Of a stretch of 64,000 bases of DNA, positions 20,479 through 29,136 are shown in pieces. The stretch is from Candidatus Latescibacterota bacterium (GTDB lineage Bacteria > Latescibacterota > UBA2968 > UBA8231): contig CBDFJF010000001.1 of the NCBI GenBank assembly GCA_965248265.1, positions 2,240,001-2,304,000 of the forward strand, in the 5' to 3' direction. Position numbers and translations under genes: made by a program. Position 1 is the first letter of the stretch. Each line of letters starts with the position of its first letter. The notes beneath the pieces were generated by a model, which made no database searches, was not told the DNA's origin, and saw only the letters and a list, made by a program, of their open reading frames with translations.

Positions 20479-22431
20479 TCAATTCAATTGACCTTCGGCT
20501 CGAACGACTTCCAATAGGCCAGCGCCGTACTTGTCGGCTTTGGCCGGACCGATGCCGTGTACCAGTTGTAACTCTTCCATGGTGGTGGGCCGCAGCTCGA
20601 CGATGTCACGCAGGGTACGGTCGCTGGCCACGACATACGGCGGCACCTTGCCAGCGCGGGCCCTCTTGATGCGGTAAGCCCGCAGGGCCTCGAAGAGTGT
20701 ACGGCCGGCCTCGTCGAAGCTGGTCTCTTCCACCGGTGACGGCGAGCCACGCGAGTCCTTCCTCTTTTTGACCGCAGTACGAGTTCCGACCCGCGGTAAA
20801 GGGCGATTCGACGGCAGCAGCAGACGCGCCGGGCGCCGGGCGTGAATGACGGATTGCCCTTCGTCGGTGACGACGACGACCGGCCGTTCACCGCCACTGA
20901 AATCGACCCAACCAGCGGTAACACAGCGTCTCAGGAGTCGCAACAACCACTCTTCAGAATGCTCTGCCAGTGACCCGAAAGTCGGCGTGCCTTCCAGACG
21001 TGCGCGTTGCAGACGTTCGTCAGGCGTCCCGCGCAACAGCTTGGCCGCCGCCTGAATCCCGAATCGTCCGTTTATTCGCGCCACCGCGCACAGGGCCTTG
21101 CGAACAGTTGTGCTGATCTCTTCCTCGTCCTGTTGCTCCTCCGCCAGTTCCAGACACACGTCGCAGCGTCCGCAGCCATGCAGCGTCTCCTCCTCATCGC
21201 CGAAGTAGCGGAGGATGGCGTCGTGCCGGCAGCCACCCCCCTCGGCCCAACGCATCAATTCGAGAAACAGGTTCCACTTGTGGCGGACCGTCTCCTCATC
21301 CGGCGTGCGGCCGTCTACTTCGCGTTCAATGAGATGCCGACGCAAGGCCATGTCACCGGAGGAGGTCAGCAGCATGCAGATGGCATCCTCACCGTCGCGT
21401 CCGGCGCGCCCGGCTTCCTGGTAATAGGCTTCAATGGAGTCGGGCGGAGCCAGATGTAGGACGCAGCGCACGTCATGACGATCGATGCCCATGCCGAAGG
21501 CATTGGTGGCAACGACGACCTCGCGTTCACCGGCGGCGAAGGCGGTCTGCACCTGCTCCCTGTAGGCCCCGTCCATGCCGGCGTGGTAGGCGACGGCATC
21601 CCAACCGGTCTCAACCAGGTAGGCGGCCTCTTCCTCGGTGCTGCGGCGAGTGGGGGCGTAGACGATGGCGGTGCCGCTCCGTTGCCCCGGCTGTCCCAGA
21701 CTTTCCGCCAGCACGGCATTCACGTGCGCACGTCGTTCGCTCTTGCCACTCGTCTCGCGCACCCGCAGAGCCAGATTGGGCCGGGCGAACCCGCGCAACA
21801 GCTGCGGTGTGTCGGGCGGTACACCCAGGCGCTCGAGAATCTCGTCCCGGACAACCGGTGTCGCCGTGGCGGTGCAGGCCAGCAGCAGGGCGTCCGGCAC
21901 TTGGGGCAGCAGCTCGCCGATCTGCATGTACTCGGGCCGAAAATCGTGGCCCCACTGGCTGATGCAATGGGCCTCATCCACGGCGACCAGCGAGCACTCC
22001 AGTTGCGACAGCATGGCGCGGAAGCCGCTGTGACCCAGGCGCTCGGGTGCCACGTAGACGAGTTTGAACTCACCGCGAGCGACGGCTTGCATCCGCTGCT
22101 TGAGTTCCTCGCCGTCTAGCGTGCCTGCCAGATAGGTGGCCGCCACACCACGCTCGGCAAGGGCCAGCACTTGGTCGTGCATCAGCGAGATCAGGGGCGA
22201 GATAACCAGTGCCGTGCCGGGCAGGCAAGCGGCGGGCAGCTGGTAAATCAAACTCTTGCCGCCTCCCGTCGGGGCCACCAGCAAAAGCCGGCCGATGTTG
22301 AGCAGGGTTTCGACAGCTTCGCGTTGACCGGGACGGAAGTCGCCGAACCCTAGACGTTGAAGGCCGGCCTCCATGTCGAATTCGGCAAGTGCTGTCACAC
22401 CGTTTCCTGCATCACTCACTGGTGGGGTCAT
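20479..22431 (-). CDS. recQ: RecQ-family DNA helicase with RQC and HRDC domains
   Basis: PTGGGKSLIYQLP, VDEAHCISQWGHDFRPEY, ATNAFGMGID, YYQEAGRAGRDG, CGRCDVC, PPYVVASDRTL. Confidence 0.95.
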   Translation of the reverse strand: MTPPVSDAGNGVTALAEFDMEAGLQRLGFGDFRPGQREAVETLLNIGRLLLVAPTGGGKSLIYQLPAACLPGTALVISPLISLMHDQVLALAERGVAATYLAGTLDGEELKQRMQAVARGEFKLVYVAPERLGHSGFRAMLSQLECSLVAVDEAHCISQWGHDFRPEYMQIGELLPQVPDALLLACTATATPVVRDEILERLGVPPDTPQLLRGFARPNLALRVRETSGKSERRAHVNAVLAESLGQPGQRSGTAIVYAPTRRSTEEEAAYLVETGWDAVAYHAGMDGAYREQVQTAFAAGEREVVVATNAFGMGIDRHDVRCVLHLAPPDSIEAYYQEAGRAGRDGEDAICMLLTSSGDMALRRHLIEREVDGRTPDEETVRHKWNLFLELMRWAEGGGCRHDAILRYFGDEEETLHGCGRCDVCLELAEEQQDEEEISTTVRKALCAVARINGRFGIQAAAKLLRGTPDERLQRARLEGTPTFGSLAEHSEEWLLRLLRRCVTAGWVDFSGGERPVVVVTDEGQSVIHARRPARLLLPSNRPLPRVGTRTAVKKRKDSRGSPSPVEETSFDEAGRTLFEALRAYRIKRARAGKVPPYVVASDRTLRDIVELRPTTMEELQLVHGIGPAKADKYGAGLLEVVRAEGQLN

Positions 22432-22562
22432 TCGGTAACACCATCGCCAGCACCTTCCCGCAAAGGGTCGGTTGCGGGGCCGACTCTGGTTTGCCTGATT
22501 CGACTACGATTGGTCTGACTACATCTGGCCATCGCGACGCGAAATACGTACCACCTATTCGA

Positions 22563-23201
22563 TCAATCCGCGAGTGCGAGCATCAACGCCCGCAGCCCTT
22601 CGCAGCGCGCCCGATTCTGCTTTAGCAGGTTCGTCCACTTGCCTTTGCCTACTGGAGTCATTGCCTCATAAGAGCCTCGCGAACGCATCATCGCACGCAC
22701 ATCCCTCAACCTCTTACTGATGGCCTTGCCGTCGAGACCGGAGTGGCAGGTAACCCCGCTCATGCGAAGCAGCTCACCCAGGCTCAAACTTGAGCGCCTG
22801 CTCGAACCTGAGCGCGTGCTCTTAATCCCCCCGCGCCTCCACCATTCGCTGCCCAGTTGCTGGCCGTCAATGAACAACCGGCGCAGTTCATCGACCTCGT
22901 CGGGACCCGCGATTTCCAGGCAACGGAGCGAAAATCCGAACACCAAGCGCTCTTCCTCCCGGGCCAGCTGCAGTAGCGAATGCACCTCGGATTCCGCAGA
23001 GTTGATCCGCAATTCCTTCGCCAGTGCCGCGTCCGCGAAGTCGGTGTCGAAGATGACCTGATCGAGGTGCTCCTCGACCAGGATGCCCAGCACCACCGGC
23101 GGGCAGCCTCGAACCCCTTGTGCATCGAGATAGATGCCGCGCTGGGCTGCAACCGCTGTGAGAGGTGCCGTGTCGATTTCGCCGTCGATCTCCCGTAGCA
23201 T
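22563..23201 (-). CDS. hypothetical protein
   Basis: 212-aa ORF filling the gap between recQ and tRNA-Val; no motif recognised. Confidence 0.55.
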   Translation of the reverse strand: MLREIDGEIDTAPLTAVAAQRGIYLDAQGVRGCPPVVLGILVEEHLDQVIFDTDFADAALAKELRINSAESEVHSLLQLAREEERLVFGFSLRCLEIAGPDEVDELRRLFIDGQQLGSEWWRRGGIKSTRSGSSRRSSLSLGELLRMSGVTCHSGLDGKAISKRLRDVRAMMRSRGSYEAMTPVGKGKWTNLLKQNRARCEGLRALMLALAD

Positions 23202-23332
23202 CCGCTAAGCTAACCCCCTGCCTGCAACACGCGCCATTTGCCAAACGCGCGCCGGCCATCGGTCTTTGCGCCCTTGCCCTGTCAATCCTATTTTTCAGCC
23301 ATGGTACAAACATGGTCACAGATTTCGATATG

Positions 23333-23409
23333 GGGCGATTAGCTCAGTTGGTTAGAGCGCTGGTTTCACATACCAGAGGTCACTAGTTCAAATCTAGTAT
23401 CGCCCACCA
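23333..23409 (+). tRNA. tRNA-Val(CAC)
   Basis: GGGCGAT/ATCGCCC acceptor stem, CTGGT-TTCACAT-ACCAG anticodon arm, encoded CCA. Confidence 0.95.
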
Positions 23410-23611
23410 TCTCTCTGCTGGTCGAAAACCCCGAGGCCCTCGTGCTCCGGGGTTTTTTTGTGGATACCCTCAGCCCTCCACCAGAGGAGGCCGCAGCCCT
23501 CGCCGACTCCCGCTCGTTCGCAACATCACCCTTGTGCATTCTTGCACCCTTCTTTAGCAATTATAGCGCACCCTCGCGCGCCCAACCCACCACTTCTCAG
23601 GGAGATCCCCC

Positions 23612-24523
23612 GTGTTCAGGCCCATCCTTGCTCTGCTCGCCGCTGCAACCCTCTCCTGTCAAACCGACGACTCGGTCGGCGGCGATGCCGCGGCGTGGAA
23701 CGGTCATCTCCAGAACGCGGATCGTGCACGCAAGGCGAAGCAGCTCGAACGGGCAGAAATCGAGATACGCACGGCGCTGCGTCTGTTGGAGAAGTCTCCG
23801 AGTGAGCGACGGACCTATACTCGAGTATTGGCTTCCCTGGCTCGTCTCAAAGGTGACAAGCAGGAATTTGCCGCCGCGGGCAGTTTGTTCGAGGCCTCGA
23901 TCGATATCCAGTTGAAGGAGCTGGGCACCGAAGGACTGGTGAGTGACCATCTGGTCCATGACATGGGGCAGTTGGCGATAGTCAGAAACCTGCAGAAGAA
24001 CCCGGCTGCAGCCGAATCCCTGCTGACCCGGATCCTGACGTTGCGGGAGCAGGGGGTAATTTCGCTCGATCCCATTGAGCCCAATTATTCCCAGGTGTTT
24101 GGCATGATGGCGCCCTTCGTCCGGGAGCGCGGTTTGACTCAGCGTGCGGATTCGCTGCAAGCGCTCTCTGAGACCTATGAGCAGTACTGGCGGGGCTTCG
24201 ATGCCCAGGTTCGCGAGCAATACCCGAAGGCGCAGGAGCATTACCTGAAGGCTGTGAGCAGCGGCGAAAAGGTGCTCGGAGCAACCCACCCCGACATCGC
24301 CCGCTTCTGCCGTGATCTGTCCGCGGCCTACACGATGCAGGCCAAACACGACCAGGCCACGGCGATGCTCACCAGGGCGGTCACGATTCTCGAACAATTG
24401 GACGAGCCAATCGCCCTCGCGGGGGCCTTGGGAGAGTTGGCAGATGGACTGGATCGCTTGAACAAAACAACGGAGGCCGAGGCGACCCGCGAGCGACTCG
24501 CCTCTCTACGCCAAGCGAGGTGA
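23612..24523 (+). CDS. TPR lipoprotein (kinesin light-chain-like TPRs)
   Basis: Lipobox ATLSC; repeats such as AGSLFEASIDI..KELG and KVLGATHPDIA. Confidence 0.8.
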   Translation: MFRPILALLAAATLSCQTDDSVGGDAAAWNGHLQNADRARKAKQLERAEIEIRTALRLLEKSPSERRTYTRVLASLARLKGDKQEFAAAGSLFEASIDIQLKELGTEGLVSDHLVHDMGQLAIVRNLQKNPAAAESLLTRILTLREQGVISLDPIEPNYSQVFGMMAPFVRERGLTQRADSLQALSETYEQYWRGFDAQVREQYPKAQEHYLKAVSSGEKVLGATHPDIARFCRDLSAAYTMQAKHDQATAMLTRAVTILEQLDEPIALAGALGELADGLDRLNKTTEAEATRERLASLRQAR

Positions 24524-24805
24524 AGCGCCTCGCTGTGCGAGATGAAGCGCTCCGAGGTGCGTGAGGCTTGACCAACGGGCAAAAGAGCCTAGTTTTTGAC
24601 CCATGTGCGAAACGCATGGCGCCTGCCAGCGCCAGCAGACAGAGGAACTGACGTGGTATGAAGTGCATCCATAATGAAGCGATGCACTTTTTCTTTTGTG
24701 CCGCTCGCTCGCAGGGATGGGTGAGCGTCACCACGACGGCTAACAGTCGGCGACGAAAGTCGTCCGTTCGCGGGGGATAGCCAAACTCGGAGGTTAGTTC
24801 GCTCG

Positions 24806-25516
24806 ATGAAGGATGAACTACTGCAGCTGTTGAAGGTTCAGGACGTCGAACAGGAGTTGCGTGCGCTCGAAGAGGCCAAGAGCAAGTACCCCACCGAAAT
24901 CTCGGAACGAAAGGCCACCGTTGCACAAGCCGAGGGCCGGCTCAGTGAATTGAGCGAGAGCCTCGAGGAGCTCGACAAGCAACAGCGTCACCACACCAGA
25001 GAGATCGAGACCGCCCAGGAGCAATTGAAGAAATTGGAGGAGCGCTTCGCCGAGGTCACGACGAACAAGGAGTACGACGCCCTCCAGATGGAAATTGAAT
25101 CCTGCAAGAACCGGATTTCGGATAGCGAGTCGCAGATCCTGTCGATCATCGAGACCGCTGAAGAGATGCGCGAGCAGTCAGAGCTAGAGACGCAGGAGGT
25201 CGAGGAGGTCCGGCAGGCGGAACAGAGTCGAATCGATGAGTTGCAGACCAAGCTCGACTCGCTGCAGAGCGAAGTCGACGGCGTGGTCTCCCGTCGCAAA
25301 GCCGCGATGAAGGGCATCGACCCGGAACTGATCGCCGTCTACGAACGAGGAGGCAACACCAGGGGCATCCGTATCTCAGCCGTGCGCAAGGGATCGTGCG
25401 GCGTCTGCTACAGGCAGCTGCCGGCCCAGCAAAAGAGCAACACGCGGCGCAACGACCAGATCCTCCATTGCGAAAGCTGCAGCTCCATCCTCGTGTGGGA
25501 CGATCGATCAACTTGA
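24806..25516 (+). CDS. coiled-coil C4 zinc-ribbon protein (DUF164/CT398-like)
   Basis: Long coiled coil, TNKEYDAL, CGVC...CESC; usual neighbour of rnpB. Confidence 0.88.
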   Translation: MKDELLQLLKVQDVEQELRALEEAKSKYPTEISERKATVAQAEGRLSELSESLEELDKQQRHHTREIETAQEQLKKLEERFAEVTTNKEYDALQMEIESCKNRISDSESQILSIIETAEEMREQSELETQEVEEVRQAEQSRIDELQTKLDSLQSEVDGVVSRRKAAMKGIDPELIAVYERGGNTRGIRISAVRKGSCGVCYRQLPAQQKSNTRRNDQILHCESCSSILVWDDRST

Positions 25517-25530
25517 GCAGGAACCAGATT

Positions 25531-25937
25531 GCAGGAGCGGTTTGGGTGATCGCGCTACCGGCTTGGAGGTCTACGGCTTCCATCCGGGGTGAGGAAAGTC
25601 CGAGCTCCGCAGGACAGGATGCTGGGTAACTCCCAGGGGGGGCGACCCCACAGATAGTGCCACAGAAAAAATACCGCCTGTCGGCACGCCTCGTTGCGAC
25701 CGATAGGTAAGGGTGAAAAGGTGAGGTAAGAGCTCACCGCGTCTCCGGCGACGGAGGCGGCATGGTAAACCTCATCCGGAGCAAGGCCAAATAGGGGAGG
25801 AGAGGTGGTCCGCCTCGTTAACTCCCGGGTAGGCCGCACCGAGGTCGGCGGGTAACCCCGGCCCCAGATGAATGATCGCCGACGCGAGCGCCAAAGCGTT
25901 CGCGTAGACAGAACTCGGCTTACAGAGCCGCTCCTGC
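25531..25937 (+). ncRNA. rnpB: RNase P RNA (type A)
   Basis: GAGGAAAGTCC, AGTGCCACAGAAA, GGTAAAC, ACAGAACTCGGCTTA; terminal helix gcaggagcgg / ccgctcctgc. Confidence 0.97.
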
Positions 25938-25947
25938 GAAATAAAGC

Positions 25948-26982
25948 ATGCGCTTCCTAGTTGTCACGACATTACGACTGACTGCCAGCCTGAGCATGGC
26001 AGTTGCGACGGTTCACGGCCAGGACGTGGTCGAACCCCTGATCGTCGACTCGCATCAGCAAGCGACTGTCGTCGAAGGCAGCATGGACTGGACAGGCGGA
26101 GTCCTGACCGTCTACGGCGAAGGTGTGGCACCGGATGGCATCAGCAACCTGGTGCAGCGCCGTCTGCTCGGCTTCACCGCCGCCAAGGTGGTCGCCTACC
26201 GTAATCTGCTCGAACTGATCGGTGAGGTGCACGTCGACGCACATACAACCGTTAGCATGGCGATGGTCAGCAGCGATTCCATCCGGACCCGCGTCGAAGG
26301 TATCGTCAAAGGAGCCCGCGTCCTCGCGGACAGTCGTGAGGAATCGGAAGGACTCTACCGCCTGGCGATCGCCCTGGACATCCACGGCGAGTTCGCCGAT
26401 GCAGTCCTGCCGCCTGCAGGGGATGAGCCGTCCACCTCCGAGGCCGAGCTGCCCGATGAATTGCCAGAAGCGGACTCAGTGATCGTGTTCGTCCCGCCCC
26501 AACCCTATACCGGATTGATCATTGATGCGCGCGGCACTGACCTGCGCCCGGCGATGTCACCTCGGATCCTGGATACCAGAGGCCACGTCGTCTACAGCGC
26601 CGATCATGTTGACCGCGACTACGCTGTCGAAATCGGCATCGTCGGCTACGACAAGAACATCACCAGGGCGGTGGCGAGCGACCGCATGGGTGGCGCGCAA
26701 GCACGGCCCCTCATCCTGGATGCGAAGGAGATCACGGGACTGTACGGTGGCGACGTCGTCATCAGCAGGGACAGCAGCCTTCGCCTGATCCTGGCCAACG
26801 CGGAGAGCGACTTCCTCTCTGAGTGCCGGGTCATCTTCGTGGTCGGGCCCAAACCACCGCCGATGGCCACCACGTTCTTCGACACCGCCTCCGTCGACTC
26901 TGTCCTTCTCGACTCGCTGGCGTACCCGGACACGGCGCAGGATCTGGTCGAACCCGGATTCATCTTACCAGAGGGACTTTGA
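25948..26982 (+). CDS. exported protein, LPP20-like
   Basis: Signal peptide; AAKVVAYRNLLE.I..V.VD...VEGIVKGA; YTGLIIDARG..L.PAMSPRI. Confidence 0.65.
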   Translation: MRFLVVTTLRLTASLSMAVATVHGQDVVEPLIVDSHQQATVVEGSMDWTGGVLTVYGEGVAPDGISNLVQRRLLGFTAAKVVAYRNLLELIGEVHVDAHTTVSMAMVSSDSIRTRVEGIVKGARVLADSREESEGLYRLAIALDIHGEFADAVLPPAGDEPSTSEAELPDELPEADSVIVFVPPQPYTGLIIDARGTDLRPAMSPRILDTRGHVVYSADHVDRDYAVEIGIVGYDKNITRAVASDRMGGAQARPLILDAKEITGLYGGDVVISRDSSLRLILANAESDFLSECRVIFVVGPKPPPMATTFFDTASVDSVLLDSLAYPDTAQDLVEPGFILPEGL

Positions 26983-26984
26983 TC

Positions 26985-27818
26985 ATGAGCCAGACGACCT
27001 TCCGTCAGAAGTTGGCAGCGGCCTCTGTCCAAAATGAATCCCTGCTCTGTGTCGGGCTGGACCCGGTGGTCGAGAGGCTGCCGTCCGCCATGCTCACTGA
27101 AGCCGATCCTGTATTGCGTTTCTGCGGCGAGATCATTGAGGCGACGTCGGATCTGGTTTGTGCCTACAAGCCGAACTTTGCCTTCTTCGGTGCCCTGGGA
27201 GAAGGCGGCTGGCGCACCCTGGAATCCACCCTGGAGCGAATTCCCCCGCATATTCCCGTGATCCTGGACGCCAAGGTCGGCGACATCGGCAACACTGCCC
27301 GGCAGTACGCCCGCATGTTCTTCGAGCGTCTCGGTGCCGATGCCCTGACCGTTAACCCCTACATGGGGCACGACGCCGTGGAGCCATTCCTCGCCTATGG
27401 CGACCGCGGGGTCTTCCTGGTGTGCTTGACTTCGAACCCGGGGTCGGCCGATTTCCAGACGCTTCGAGTCGACGACGAAATGCTCTATCACTCCGTGGCG
27501 CGACGGGCAGCGGCTTGGGACCAGGATGCCGGAAACTGCGGACTGGTCGTCGGCGCCACGAAAGCAGAAACCCTCATCGAAGTGCGTCAACTGGCCCCGG
27601 AGCTTCCACTGCTGGTCCCCGGAATCGGCACCCAGGGCGGCGATCTCGAAGCCGTCGTCAACAACGGCCAGGATGCGGCCGGAGGCGGCCTTGTCATCAA
27701 CGCCTCCCGGAGCATCATGTACGCCTCCTCCGAGGCCGATTTCGGCACTGCCGCCCGCTCGGCAGCAACCACCATGCGGGCCGACATCAATAGTCTGCGG
27801 CAGCCTGCCACCGCCTAG
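26985..27818 (+). CDS. pyrF: orotidine-5'-phosphate decarboxylase
   Basis: LCVGLDP, YKPNFAFF, LDAKVGDIGNT, TVNPYMG, LVPGIGTQGG, NASRSI. Confidence 0.97.
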   Translation: MSQTTFRQKLAAASVQNESLLCVGLDPVVERLPSAMLTEADPVLRFCGEIIEATSDLVCAYKPNFAFFGALGEGGWRTLESTLERIPPHIPVILDAKVGDIGNTARQYARMFFERLGADALTVNPYMGHDAVEPFLAYGDRGVFLVCLTSNPGSADFQTLRVDDEMLYHSVARRAAAWDQDAGNCGLVVGATKAETLIEVRQLAPELPLLVPGIGTQGGDLEAVVNNGQDAAGGGLVINASRSIMYASSEADFGTAARSAATTMRADINSLRQPATA

Positions 27819-27912
27819 CACAGCGGCCACTGCTTCGTTGCCAGCGCTCTGTATGAGGGCTATTTTCATGGGTCCTGCTTGGAGCGCCGGTCAACTCCAT
27901 CAAGGACGAATT

Positions 27913-27990
27913 CGGGGTGTAGCGCAGTCCGGTTAGCGCGCCTGCTTTGGGAGCAGGGGGTCGCCGGTTCGAATCCGGCCACCCCGACCA
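27913..27990 (+). tRNA. tRNA-Pro(TGG)
   Basis: CGGGGTG/CACCCCG stem; CCTGC-TTTGGGA-GCAGG; encoded CCA. Confidence 0.96.
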
Positions 27991-28059
27991 TCTTGCCATC
28001 GTTTCAAACGAGTAGTTGCTTGTCCTGGGTAGATCGACACGGCTGTGCCGACCGGTTAT

Positions 28060-28136
28060 GTGCCCATAGCTCAGGTGGATAGAGCATCTGCCTTCTAAGC
28101 AGAATGTCCCAGGTTCGAGTCCTGGTGGGCACGCCA
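28060..28136 (+). tRNA. tRNA-Arg(TCT)
   Basis: GTGCCCA/TGGGCAC stem; TCTGC-CTTCTAA-GCAGA; encoded CCA. Confidence 0.96.
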
Positions 28137-28155
28137 CGCAAAACGATGTAGTGAA

Positions 28156-28366
28156 GCAACAATGATATGTTGGTTGTGCCGGAGGCACGGCTACAACCCC
28201 GACAGTGCTGCTTACCGTACGGAGGTATAGCTACAAGCGAAGCAACGATGTTACTGGTCGTGCCGGAGGCATGGCTAAATCGCAACGGCGCTGCTGGCTG
28301 TACGGAGGCATAGCTACAGGTGTTGCAAAAGCAACAATGTTACTGGTCGCGCCGGAGGCGTGACTA
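28156..28366 (+). repeat. five degenerate ~40-50-nt units, each with a CGGAG-loop hairpin
   Basis: Units approximate GCAACRRYGYTRCTGGYYGYR(C)CGGAGGYRYRRCTA. Confidence 0.85.
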
Positions 28367-28370
28367 TAGT

Positions 28371-28448
28371 GGTGGGTGTAGCTCAGTTGGTTAGAGCGCC
28401 AGGTTGTGGCCCTGGAGGTCGCGGGTTCGACTCCCGTCACTCACCCCA
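28371..28448 (+). tRNA. tRNA-His(GTG) with encoded G-1
   Basis: G-GTGGGTG...CCAGG-TTGTGGC-CCTGG...CACTCAC-C-CCA. Confidence 0.96.
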
Positions 28449-28457
28449 TCCCCATGC

Positions 28458-28522
28458 CGGCCTTCTGTGACCGACTCGCGAACTGAGTACTCGCGGGTAC
28501 GCGGAAGGCCGAGCTTGTTTTT
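28458..28522 (+). terminator. branched hairpin plus T-tract between tRNA-His and the NusG paralog
   Basis: cggccttc...gaaggccg followed by agcttgtttttg. Confidence 0.5.
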
Positions 28523-28548
28523 GCGTCACCAGGGAGACGGAAACCGCA

Positions 28549-29136
28549 ATGAGTTCGGCCGAGTCGCTTGGCCCCGAATACGAACGTGTGGAAGCTGAAG
28601 CCGGTCGCCTTTTCGTGCCCGGTTCGGATGGTCGGGAGTGGTACCTGTTCCACAGCCGGCCCCGTTGCGAGAAGAAGGCCGCGGACGCCTGTCGTGATTT
28701 CTCGCTCAGCCACTACCTGCCCTTGCGGCAAAGCCCGGGGCGCAAGCGCAAGGGCCAGCGGCAATACAGCTTCGAAGTCCCCTTGTTTCCGGGTTATCTG
28801 TTCGGCTGTTGCAATCTGCAGGAACGCACCCAGTTGATGCGCCGAGGATTCTTCGTGCGCTGGATCGAGGTCGTCGACCAGGCCAGGTTGCTCGAGGAAC
28901 TCAAGAGCGTCTACCTGGCCAGCAACCAGGGTATCAGCCTGCTGCTCTATCCGATGTTGAAAAGAGGCCAGACCGTGCGGGTGGTGCGGGGACCATTGAC
29001 CGGTTTGTACGGCAAAGTATCCCGGCGCAAACGCAGCTTCCGACTCGTCCTCAATGTCGCCTGTCTGGACACGGCCGTGGCCTGTGAATTAGACATGGAT
29101 GACGTTGAAGTTGTGGATGCGCAAGCCCTGGAATAG
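28549..29136 (+). CDS. NusG-paralog transcription antiterminator (UpxY/LoaP/RfaH-like)
   Basis: NGN domain WYLFHSRPRCEKK...YLPL...PLFPGYLF and KOW domain GQTVRVVRGPLTGLYG. Confidence 0.9.
   Translation: MSSAESLGPEYERVEAEAGRLFVPGSDGREWYLFHSRPRCEKKAADACRDFSLSHYLPLRQSPGRKRKGQRQYSFEVPLFPGYLFGCCNLQERTQLMRRGFFVRWIEVVDQARLLEELKSVYLASNQGISLLLYPMLKRGQTVRVVRGPLTGLYGKVSRRKRSFRLVLNVACLDTAVACELDMDDVEVVDAQALE

Noticed and set aside
24524-24805. Riboswitch upstream of the zinc-ribbon gene
   Set aside because: Several small hairpins are present (e.g. aagtgcatc / gatgcactt plus T-tract), but I recognise no aptamer consensus; an Rfam search is needed.
28156-28366. CRISPR array
   Set aside because: The units are degenerate with only short linkers and no unique ~30-bp spacers, and there are no cas genes in the window.
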